From an uncultured bacterium (GTDB taxonomy: Bacteria; Verrucomicrobiota; Verrucomicrobiia; Limisphaerales; UBA8199): a stretch of DNA of 64,000 bases. Under the pieces are notes generated by a model. That model was not told the origin of the DNA, searched no databases, and saw only the letters and a list, made by a program, of their open reading frames with translations. This document shows positions 38,961 to 46,850 of the stretch, piece after piece; position 1 is the first letter of the stretch; each line of letters starts with the position of its first letter. Both the position numbers and the translations under genes were made by a program. Location: the NCBI GenBank assembly GCA_963749495.1, contig CAVVMW010000022.1, positions 288,001-352,000 on the forward strand, read 5' to 3'.

Positions 38961-39896
38961 TCAATTTCCCGGGGCGCCGGTTGGCGCTGCGTTGGCGGCG
39001 GTTGTGGCGGCGGCGGGGCCGTTCGTTGCGACTGTTGGGGCCGTTGCCGGCGGTGCCGCAAGGGACAGCGGTGCTTCGAAGAGCGGCGCGTCGGCCCTGA
39101 GGCTGGCCAGGTAAGCCGCCAGCGCCCTGGCCTCGGGTCTGGGGACGATTTCATAGCCCGGCGGGGGAGCCAGGCTGCCGGGCAGGACCAGGGCGTCGGG
39201 CGAAGGGCACCGCTGAATCTTTCGTTTCTCGAACAGAAACCGGTAGGAGGGCATCGTCGAGTCTCTGACTTCCAACCGGGGTTTATACAGGTGGCGCAGG
39301 TGCCAGATCGGATCGGGTTGGCGCAAACTGACGTTCGCCAAGTCCGGGCCGATGCGTTGCGACCCCAACATCACGGGATAATCGAAAAGGAAATCCCTGG
39401 CCACCGTGCGCCGCTTGCCCCATCCCCGCGCGATCTCCGGTCCCACGGGGACGATCCAGACCGCGGCCTTGCCGCCGTTGGTCGTCAGGGCCTTGGCCGC
39501 GGCGTCCGCCGCCGCCGGTGCGAGTCCCTCGAGCACGGGTTTGGGAAGGCCCGACAGCCATTGCCCGGCCTCCGCCTCGGACAGGCCCGGCTTGAGACTG
39601 CGCAACGCGGCCAGCACCGCGGGCGCGTTGGTCCCGGCGTCGCTCAGCAGGACACTGCACGCGGTCCCGTTCTGGCGGACCTGCTGGGTGTGGCAGTCGG
39701 CGCAGCCATTGGCGCGATAGACCTCCAGGCCCTGCCGTGCCAGGCCGGGCCGCCCCTGCGGGTAAGAGATGGCGGTGCCCGGCAGGTTGGCCGGCTGCAA
39801 CTGCCCGATCTGCGCCTGGGGCGTGAGCACGAAGCCGAACCACGAGCCCGCCAGGGCGAAGAAGGCAGCCAGGAACAGCAGCGGACCGTAATTCAT
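38961..39896 (-). CDS. cbb3-type oxidase subunit II (CcoO)-like monohaem cytochrome with an inserted L7/L12-CTD-like domain
   Basis: GLEVYRANGCADCHTQQVR, GSQRIGPDL, WHLRHLYKPR, STMPSY. Confidence 0.88.
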   Translation of the reverse strand: MNYGPLLFLAAFFALAGSWFGFVLTPQAQIGQLQPANLPGTAISYPQGRPGLARQGLEVYRANGCADCHTQQVRQNGTACSVLLSDAGTNAPAVLAALRSLKPGLSEAEAGQWLSGLPKPVLEGLAPAAADAAAKALTTNGGKAAVWIVPVGPEIARGWGKRRTVARDFLFDYPVMLGSQRIGPDLANVSLRQPDPIWHLRHLYKPRLEVRDSTMPSYRFLFEKRKIQRCPSPDALVLPGSLAPPPGYEIVPRPEARALAAYLASLRADAPLFEAPLSLAAPPATAPTVATNGPAAATTAANAAPTGAPGN

Positions 39897-41335
39897 GGCT
39901 TGGCCTCCGCCGGTTTGAACAGGTCGGCTGTCAGGGTCGTGTAAGCCGAAAGCGCCCGGACGCGGCAAAAGCGGGCCGCCAACCCGGCGAGGTTCGCCAG
40001 GAACGCCACGTGGCCAAGGGCCATCAGGAGCTCGCCCAGCGTGCTCACCCGTAACCCGTGCAGCGTGGCCTTGAAGATCTCCATGAAGGGAATGTCCGGG
40101 TTCTGGAGTTTGAATCCCTCGATGAGGCCGGCCATCGCCAGCGGCGCCGCCAGCAGCACGATGCCCACCGACGCCAGCCAGAAATGCGCCCGCGCCAGCC
40201 TCGGCCACGGAAATTCGATCCCCATGACCTGCGGCAAAGTCCAGTAGGCCGCGCCGAAAACCACCATCGCGAAGAAACCATAGTCGTTCAACTGGTCCGT
40301 CGCGGGACCGAACCAGGTCAAGTCAGTGACCCGGCTCACAGTCAGGAGCGAGGCCAGGACGCGCATGAAGCCGGCCGCCAGGAAGGCCGCCACGCCAAAC
40401 AGGACAAAGCGCAACGCCAAGCCCCCGCAGACCCGTCCCGAGCCTGAGATTGCCGTCTTCCACACGCTGATCCCCACGGCCAGCAAGGCAACCGTGGTCA
40501 GGACCATTCCCACTGTGCTGAGCGCCGGCATCCAGGCCGGGACCGGCGCGCTGTTGGCAATGCCCCCCCAACTGCCAAACAGCAGGATGAGCCAGAACGC
40601 GGTCATCGCCAGGTAGCGGCTCTCCAGTTCGCGCCCGGTGAGCCGGGGCACCAGGTAAAACACCATCCCCAGCCCCGCCAGCCAGAGCCACACTACCTGG
40701 AGGTTGTTCGCATACCACCCGGCGATGACGGCCTGCAGGACGCCCCGAACCGGAAACGTCACCAGCAGCAATTGGGCCGTGGTGAATATCCACGGAAACC
40801 AGAACAGGGCCGCAAACACGAACCATTGCGACACAAACAGGCGCCGCTCCGGCCGCCGATGAAATGTCAATGCGCCCCAGACTCCGAGAACCAGGTAGCC
40901 GATCAACACCAGTGGCGTAGCGTAGCCCGGCATGTCCAGCGTCTCGAACCCGGTCCGGTCCCCGGCCAGAATCCCCAGCACGCCCACGGTCACGCCAAGG
41001 TTCCAGAAGATCGCGCCGAGGGTGGCCAACCACCGCTGCGCCAGCACGCTCCGGCCCAGGCGCGCCAGCAGCCAAAGCCCGATCCCCAACCCCGCCTGAA
41101 GGCAAAACCCATAGAGCATCGCGCTGGCCGCCGCAGGGCGGACTCGCCCGTAAGTCAGCCACGCGTGCCCGGCCAAAAATTCCGCCGAATGGAACTTGAT
41201 CGAAGAAATCAGCGCGAACCCCGAGCCCAGGAGCAGCCACACCGCTGCGCTCACCAAGAGCACCAGCATCGGCAAACGGCAGGAGACGTCCACCTCGGTC
41301 AGGGCGGCCGGTTGGGGTGGCGGGGGTTGGGTCAT
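39893..41335 (-). CDS. cbb3-type oxidase subunit I (CcoN)-like membrane protein lacking the haem/CuB His ligands
   Basis: WLTYGRVRP, RRPERRLFVSQWF, YLVPRLTGREL.S, HFWLASVG scaffold, about 12 TM helices; ligand positions substituted. Confidence 0.85.
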   Translation of the reverse strand: MTQPPPPQPAALTEVDVSCRLPMLVLLVSAAVWLLLGSGFALISSIKFHSAEFLAGHAWLTYGRVRPAAASAMLYGFCLQAGLGIGLWLLARLGRSVLAQRWLATLGAIFWNLGVTVGVLGILAGDRTGFETLDMPGYATPLVLIGYLVLGVWGALTFHRRPERRLFVSQWFVFAALFWFPWIFTTAQLLLVTFPVRGVLQAVIAGWYANNLQVVWLWLAGLGMVFYLVPRLTGRELESRYLAMTAFWLILLFGSWGGIANSAPVPAWMPALSTVGMVLTTVALLAVGISVWKTAISGSGRVCGGLALRFVLFGVAAFLAAGFMRVLASLLTVSRVTDLTWFGPATDQLNDYGFFAMVVFGAAYWTLPQVMGIEFPWPRLARAHFWLASVGIVLLAAPLAMAGLIEGFKLQNPDIPFMEIFKATLHGLRVSTLGELLMALGHVAFLANLAGLAARFCRVRALSAYTTLTADLFKPAEAKP

Positions 41336-41358
41336 GGGAGCGGATGGGCTGGCCGTTC

Positions 41359-41405
41359 AGTCGGACCAGTCGGACTGGTCAGACAGGTCAGACGGGTCGG
41401 ACAGA
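41359..41405. repeat. Nonamer array (GGTCGGACA-like) x5
   Basis: agtcggaccagtcggactggtcagacaggtcagacgggtcggaca. Confidence 0.85.
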
Positions 41406-41411
41406 TTGCTT

Positions 41412-41792
41412 TCACTCGAAGGGGCTGGGTTTCTCCGGGGCCTTGGGCGGGGCGGCAGTGGCCTTTTCAACGCGGGCGATGAGGTTCGAGCGCGCGGCGG
41501 CGGGGTCCCGCCCCCAGTCGCGTTCGACAATCGCCATCGCCTGGTCGATCGGGAGGCGGACGATGCCCTTGGCCTGGTCGAGCCAGGCCGGGCTGGTGAG
41601 GGCTTCGGCCTCGGCGGCGCGCAGTTCGGTCAATGTCTTGGTGCGCAGGGCGGCGCGCTCCTGGTCCAGCGGCGGCGGCTGCATGTCGCGATGGATGGCA
41701 TACGCCAGCGCCGCCACGATAAGAAACGCCCCGAGCACGCCCGCGGCATAAGCCCAGGCGGTCCGGTCCGGCGCGGCGGGTTGAGCGTTCAT
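41412..41792 (-). CDS. actG: ACIII-associated single-TM subunit (ActG-like)
   Basis: Position after actF; TM helix and WLDQAKGIVRLPIDQAM motif. Confidence 0.7.
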   Translation of the reverse strand: MNAQPAAPDRTAWAYAAGVLGAFLIVAALAYAIHRDMQPPPLDQERAALRTKTLTELRAAEAEALTSPAWLDQAKGIVRLPIDQAMAIVERDWGRDPAAARSNLIARVEKATAAPPKAPEKPSPFE

Positions 41793-41818
41793 GTTAGGCT
41801 ACTGTTCAGGTGGGGACG

Positions 41819-41935
41819 GGTGGGGCAGACCTCCGGTCTGCCGGTTGCAGGGGCCTCTGGCCCCGAGCCTCGCAAATGCAAGGGACACGGAGCCGGAGGC
41901 TCCGTGAACCGGCAGACCAGAGGTCTGCCCCACAC
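41819..41935. repeat. Palindromic REP-like element within the ACIII operon; decamer repeat (ATCCGTGTTC) follows at 41957-41987
   Basis: GTGGGGCAGACCTCCGGTCTGCCGGTT ... AACCGGCAGACCAGAGGTCTGCCCCAC. Confidence 0.85.
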
Positions 41936-42004
41936 CTGAACAGTTACCATTTTAGAATCCGTGTTCATCCGTGTCCATCGGTGGTTGAACTCTCGCCGTG
42001 AGCC

Positions 42005-43273
42005 TCACTGGTTGCCCCCGCGGAACTGCGGTGGGGCGTCGCACAACTCGTCGGCCTGGTCGAGTTCGCCCCCGGAGATTTGCGTTGGCACGGGGTGGAA
42101 CAGGCCCATCGCCTCGACGAGCCTCGGGTCCTTGATGGGGTAGGGCGCGTGACGGGAGTATTTTCTGAGGAACACCAGGCTCAAGAGGCCGCCCATGAAG
42201 GCCAGGCAGGCGGCGTCCAGCCAGAGCCAGCGCCAGGGGAAGCCGCCGGGGTGCAGCACGGGCATGATATTGAAGGAGAGGTCCACCCAATGCATGAGCC
42301 AGCACCAGGCGCACAGAGGGATCATGATGGAGAAGTTGTGCTTCACGCCGATGCGCAGCAGGGCGAGGAAGGGCAGGAAGAAATGGCCGAAGATAATGAC
42401 CATGCCGATATACCACCAGGTGCCCTTCTCGCGCAGCACATACCAGAAGGTCTCTTCGGGCATGTTGCCGTTCCAGATGATGAAGTACTGGGAGAAATGG
42501 ATGTAGGCATAGAAGACGGTGAAGGCCAGGAGCAACGACCCCAGGAAGTAATACTGGTGCTGGTGCAGCACCTCGGTCAGCACCCGCTGCCGATCCAGCA
42601 CGACCGTGATCACATACACGGTGGCCAGGGCCAGCCACACGCTGCCCGCATAATAATAGACCCCATACATCGTCGAGAACCATTGGTGCTGCAGGGCCTT
42701 GACCCAGAGGATGGCCCCGAGCGTGAGTGTGATGGCAAAGAGAACGATGCCGATGGCCGAGTAACGCCGCATCCGGTAGGTGGGCATGGCCCCGCCGGTC
42801 TGATCCTGGCGCAGCGACCAGTAACTCAACCGGTTGCTCAGCAGCCACCAGATCAGGAAACAGCACGCCGAGACCGCGTAGAACATCGGCAGGGTGAAGA
42901 GCGGTTGCTTAGCCGCCAGGGCGTGGTCCAGGCGCGGCGCCTCGTTCATCCACTGGTAGAGCAGCTTCGCCAGCAAGGCCAGCGGGATGAACAACAGGGC
43001 CATCCACGGGAACAACAGCCCGGCAATGTGCTCCGAGAGGCGCCGAATCGGCACCGACCACCCGGCATCGAAGAGGTGGTGCGCAATCACCAGGAAGAGC
43101 GCCCCCAGGCACAGGCTCAGGAAAAACATGAAGGCCAGCAGCCAGGAAAACGCAAATTGCCTCGTGTCGAGCAAAACGCCCAGCCCGCACAGCGCCCCGC
43201 CCCCGAGCGTCAAATACATCGGCGCCCGGCGCCATCTCGACAAGTCCAGAGGTGAATGGGAGTTGGAGGTCAT
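42005..43273 (-). CDS. actF: Alternative complex III subunit ActF
   Basis: HHLFDAGWSVPIRR, WFSTMYG, YIHFSQYFIIWNGNMPEETFWY; about 10 TM helices; operon position. Confidence 0.9.
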   Translation of the reverse strand: MTSNSHSPLDLSRWRRAPMYLTLGGGALCGLGVLLDTRQFAFSWLLAFMFFLSLCLGALFLVIAHHLFDAGWSVPIRRLSEHIAGLLFPWMALLFIPLALLAKLLYQWMNEAPRLDHALAAKQPLFTLPMFYAVSACCFLIWWLLSNRLSYWSLRQDQTGGAMPTYRMRRYSAIGIVLFAITLTLGAILWVKALQHQWFSTMYGVYYYAGSVWLALATVYVITVVLDRQRVLTEVLHQHQYYFLGSLLLAFTVFYAYIHFSQYFIIWNGNMPEETFWYVLREKGTWWYIGMVIIFGHFFLPFLALLRIGVKHNFSIMIPLCAWCWLMHWVDLSFNIMPVLHPGGFPWRWLWLDAACLAFMGGLLSLVFLRKYSRHAPYPIKDPRLVEAMGLFHPVPTQISGGELDQADELCDAPPQFRGGNQ

Positions 43274-43917
43274 TTCTTCAGCCCCGCCCGCAGGTTCTCC
43301 GGCAGGTCGTCGATCGTGCCCACCTGGCTGAGCTGCAGGGCGCGCAGGTAGGCCACGATGGCCCAGCGGTCCGCCACCGTGATATTGGGGCCGTAGGCGC
43401 CCATGGTGCTCCGGCCATGCGTGATCACGTGAAACACTTCGCCGTCGGGCAACTCGACAATGCGCTTGTCGTGCAGGTTGGCGACTGCGGGCATTACGCC
43501 GAGCTTCTTGGTGATGCCGTTGCCGTCGGCCAATTGGCCGTGGCAGGGCGAGCAGTTGATCGTGAACCGCTGCCGGCCGCGCCGGAGCAACTCCGCGTTG
43601 AGCACCAGGGGATTGACCTCGACGAAATTGGTGGTGCCGGTGACCCGCCCGGTATTGGCCGGCGCATCTTCATAAGGATAAACGGGGCCGCCGGCGGTCT
43701 GCAGAGGCGCGCCCCGCGCGATCGTCCCCGGCACCGGCAACTGCGAACTCAGCCCGTTGGTAAAGAAGCCGTTGGGCTTTTGCGGGCGCAGTTTGAGTTG
43801 CCACTCCATGTCCGGAAAGATATACAGCGGCGGCTTGCGGAAGTGCGTCCCGCGAAAGCCGAGAATCCCGGCTGCCGCCGCCACACAGGCCAGGTAAATG
43901 ACCAGGAAATAGCGCAT
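43270..43917 (-). CDS. actE: Alternative complex III monohaem cytochrome c ActE
   Basis: FPDMEWQ, PVPGTIARG, CSPCHG, ITHGRSTM, DRWAIVAYLRALQ. Confidence 0.92.
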   Translation of the reverse strand: MRYFLVIYLACVAAAAGILGFRGTHFRKPPLYIFPDMEWQLKLRPQKPNGFFTNGLSSQLPVPGTIARGAPLQTAGGPVYPYEDAPANTGRVTGTTNFVEVNPLVLNAELLRRGRQRFTINCSPCHGQLADGNGITKKLGVMPAVANLHDKRIVELPDGEVFHVITHGRSTMGAYGPNITVADRWAIVAYLRALQLSQVGTIDDLPENLRAGLKK

Positions 43918-43921
43918 CGCC

Positions 43922-44464
43922 CTAATCCTCCACGACCTCGATGTGCCGGCTGCCCGCCTCCTGGAGCAGCTTGCGGGTCTCGGTCTCCGAGTACTTGGGG
44001 TCGTCGCATTCGATGACCACGAAAAAGCGGTCGTGCGTGACGAGCGAGAACCGCTTGTTCTTGAGCAAGGGATGATAGAGGCGGGGCAGGCGGTTCAGGA
44101 ACAGCATGCCCCCCAGCGCGCCGAACGCCCCGAAGAGGATCGTCAACTCGTAGGAGGGCGGGAAGGCCGAGAAAGGGCTGAACATGGGCTTGCCGCCGAT
44201 GACAATCGGGTAGTCATACGCGTTCATGAACCAGATCATCAGCATGCCGGTCGTGTAGCCGAGCACCCCGCCAATGAAGGCGAACCAGCCCACCCTCGAG
44301 TTCTTCAGGCCCATGGCCTTGTCCATCCCGTGCACGGGGAAGGGCGTGAAAACGTCCCACCTGCGGTAGCCCGCCTCGCGCACCTTCTCCGCCGCGTGCA
44401 GGACCGCCGCCGCCGTCATGAACTCCGCCGCGATGCCGTAAGGTTTGGAGACGGAGCTAGTCAT
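43922..44464 (-). CDS. actD: Alternative complex III subunit ActD (DUF3341)
   Basis: DVFTPFPVHGMD, DYPIVIGGKP, YELTILF. Confidence 0.92.
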   Translation of the reverse strand: MTSSVSKPYGIAAEFMTAAAVLHAAEKVREAGYRRWDVFTPFPVHGMDKAMGLKNSRVGWFAFIGGVLGYTTGMLMIWFMNAYDYPIVIGGKPMFSPFSAFPPSYELTILFGAFGALGGMLFLNRLPRLYHPLLKNKRFSLVTHDRFFVVIECDDPKYSETETRKLLQEAGSRHIEVVED

Positions 44465-44604
44465 CGGATGCCTCCTTTCCTGGGCCGCTTTCCGGGCGCG
44501 GTTGACCCGGGACGAGGGTCGAGGGGCCGAAAGCGAGGGTCGGGTCTGGACGCTTCTCTCGGCATTGCGCTCACGCCGATCTGGCCTGGGGGCTCAGCGT
44601 TCTT

Positions 44605-44790
44605 GACGCCAAAGGCGTCGTTCATACCAGCCCAGGGCAACGCCCTGGGAACAGGGGCCCCAAAGCCATTCCGAGCGCTGAAGGCGCGATTCATCCTATG
44701 AAGCAGGCCGTTGGCCTGCAACAGGACGAAACGCCCCTGGAGTTCCCAGGGCGTTGCCCTGGGCTGGTATGAGCCAGGCCTTCGGCCTGA
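44605..44790. repeat. REP-doublet-like element (CCAGGGCAACGCCCTGGG family), copy 2, between actC and actD
   Basis: Same architecture as 5293-5486. Confidence 0.9.
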
Positions 44791-44875
44791 AGGCGGCCCG
44801 CTGAAATCCGAACTCCGAAATTCCTTGCGGACAGGCACGGGATTCGGAACGAATGAGCCATTCATCACTGGTTTC

Positions 44876-46348
44876 TCACGCCTCCCCATGGATGACCTCC
44901 TGTGGTTTTGCCCCGCCCAACGGGTGGTGCGGGTCGGCCTGCGGCGTGACGCCTTTGACCTCGGAAATGGCGATCATGGGCATGAACCTGAGGAAGAGCA
45001 GGAACAGGGTAAAGAACAGCCCAAAAGTGCCGACGTACGTGCCGATGTCCACCCAGGTGGGCCGGTAGTAGCCCCAGTTGGACGGGATGAAATCGCGGTG
45101 AAGCGAGACCACGATGATGACAAACCGCTCGAACCACATGCCGACGTTGACGAGGATCGAGATGATGAAGACCACGACCAGGTTCTGGCGCAGTTTCTTG
45201 AACCAGAACAGTTGCGGGACCAGCACGTTGCAGGAGACCATTATGATCCACGCCCACTGGTAAGGGCCCAGGGCCCGGTTGAGGAAATGGAACTGCTCGA
45301 AGGGGTTGCCGCTGTACCAGGCGATGAAAAACTCCATGGCGTAGGCATAGCCCACGATCGAGCCCGTGGCCAGAGTCACTTTGCACATGAGGTCAATGTG
45401 CCGCATCGTGATGATGTCCTGGAGCTTGAACAGTGCTCGCAGCGGGATTAGCAGCGTGAGCACCATTCCGAATCCGGAGAAGACGGCGCCGGCGACGAAA
45501 TAGGGCGGGAAGATGGTCGTGTGCCAGCCGGGCAGTTGCGAGACGGAAAAGTCGAGCGAGACGATCGAGTGGACCGACAGGACCAGGGGCGTCGAGAGGC
45601 CGGCGAGGATGAGATAGGCCTTTTCGTAGTTGCTCCAGTGGCGGTTGGAGCCGGTCCAGCCCAGGGCGAAGAGCCCGTAGAGGAACTGGCGCAACCGTGT
45701 CCTGGCCCGGTCCCTCAGCACCGCCAGGTCCGGGATCAACCCCATGTACCAGAAGAGCACCGAGACGGTGAAGTAGGTCGAGACGGCGAACACGTCCCAC
45801 ATCAGCGGGGAGCGGAACTGCGGCCAGATCGAGTTCGAGTTGGGCACCGGGAAAAGCCACCAGTCGTACCACGCCCGCCCCACGTGCAGCGCCGGGTAAA
45901 TCCCCGCGCACATGACCGCGAAAATCGTCATCGCCTCGGCGGCGCGATTGACCGCCGTGCGCCATCGCTGCCGCAGCAGGAACAGTATCGCCGAGATCAG
46001 CGTCCCGGCATGGCCGATGCCGATCCACCAGACGAAATTGACGATGTCCCACGCCCACATCACCGGGCGCATGTTGCCCCAGACGCCCACGCCGGTGGAG
46101 ACCTGGTAGGACACCAGGAAGACCAACAGGCCCAGGGCCAGAACGCTCGGCACGAACAGCACCCACCACCAGCCCGGCACCGGGTCCTCGCTCAGGGCCG
46201 CAACCCGGTTCGAGATCCAGCCCAACCCCCGGTTGTTGGCCACCAGCGGCGCCCGCTGCAACTCCAACGGCGTCTCCGGCGCCGTCACCACGCCCGGCCC
46301 CCGGTCCGGACTCTCCGCCTTGCCTACGATTAGCGCCTCAGCAGCCAT
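44876..46348 (-). CDS. actC: Alternative complex III subunit ActC (NrfD/PsrC family)
   Basis: [67 protein letters not shown]. Confidence 0.97.
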   Translation of the reverse strand: MAAEALIVGKAESPDRGPGVVTAPETPLELQRAPLVANNRGLGWISNRVAALSEDPVPGWWWVLFVPSVLALGLLVFLVSYQVSTGVGVWGNMRPVMWAWDIVNFVWWIGIGHAGTLISAILFLLRQRWRTAVNRAAEAMTIFAVMCAGIYPALHVGRAWYDWWLFPVPNSNSIWPQFRSPLMWDVFAVSTYFTVSVLFWYMGLIPDLAVLRDRARTRLRQFLYGLFALGWTGSNRHWSNYEKAYLILAGLSTPLVLSVHSIVSLDFSVSQLPGWHTTIFPPYFVAGAVFSGFGMVLTLLIPLRALFKLQDIITMRHIDLMCKVTLATGSIVGYAYAMEFFIAWYSGNPFEQFHFLNRALGPYQWAWIIMVSCNVLVPQLFWFKKLRQNLVVVFIISILVNVGMWFERFVIIVVSLHRDFIPSNWGYYRPTWVDIGTYVGTFGLFFTLFLLFLRFMPMIAISEVKGVTPQADPHHPLGGAKPQEVIHGEA

Positions 46349-46484
46349 TACTTCCCTCCGGGAAAAAGTAAACCCGATTTAGATTCGCCCAGACTCTCCG
46401 TGAAGCCTTGCCCGCTCCGCCGCCTCCGGGGCGCAGAACAAAACCCTTGGAGCCAGGGTGGAATCGAGGTGCCGCTGCTTTGGG

Positions 46485-46668
46485 GACGCCAACGGCGTCG
46501 TTCATACCAGCCCAGGGCAACGCCCTGGGAACCGCCGCCCAAGAGCCATTCGGAGCGCTGAAGGCGCGATTCATCCTTATGAAGCAGGCCATTGGCCTGC
46601 GAAAATGAAAACCGTCCGGTTTTCCCAGGGCGTTGCCCTGGGTTGGTATGAATCAGGCCTTTGGCCTG
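46485..46668. repeat. REP-doublet-like element, copy 3, between actB and actC
   Basis: Same architecture as 5293-5486. Confidence 0.9.
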
Positions 46669-46850
46669 TGAACCCCGGCGCAACAATTCCCCGGATGCCA
46701 CCGGGTCGAGGATCGAGCCGCGTATATATGGCCTCCTATGCAGAGATTGCTCAAGTCGTGGCCCGTCCCAGGTTTCGACGAATTCTGCCATCCGCGGCCG
46801 CCGCCGCGCGAGTTTCCACGTTTAACGTCTCACGGTTGACCTTTCACGTT

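Noticed and set aside
44461..44889. 142-aa ORF between actC and actD (and 46348..46791) as extra ACIII subunits
   Set aside because: They consist largely of translated REP and heptamer repeats, with no TM helix or cofactor motif.
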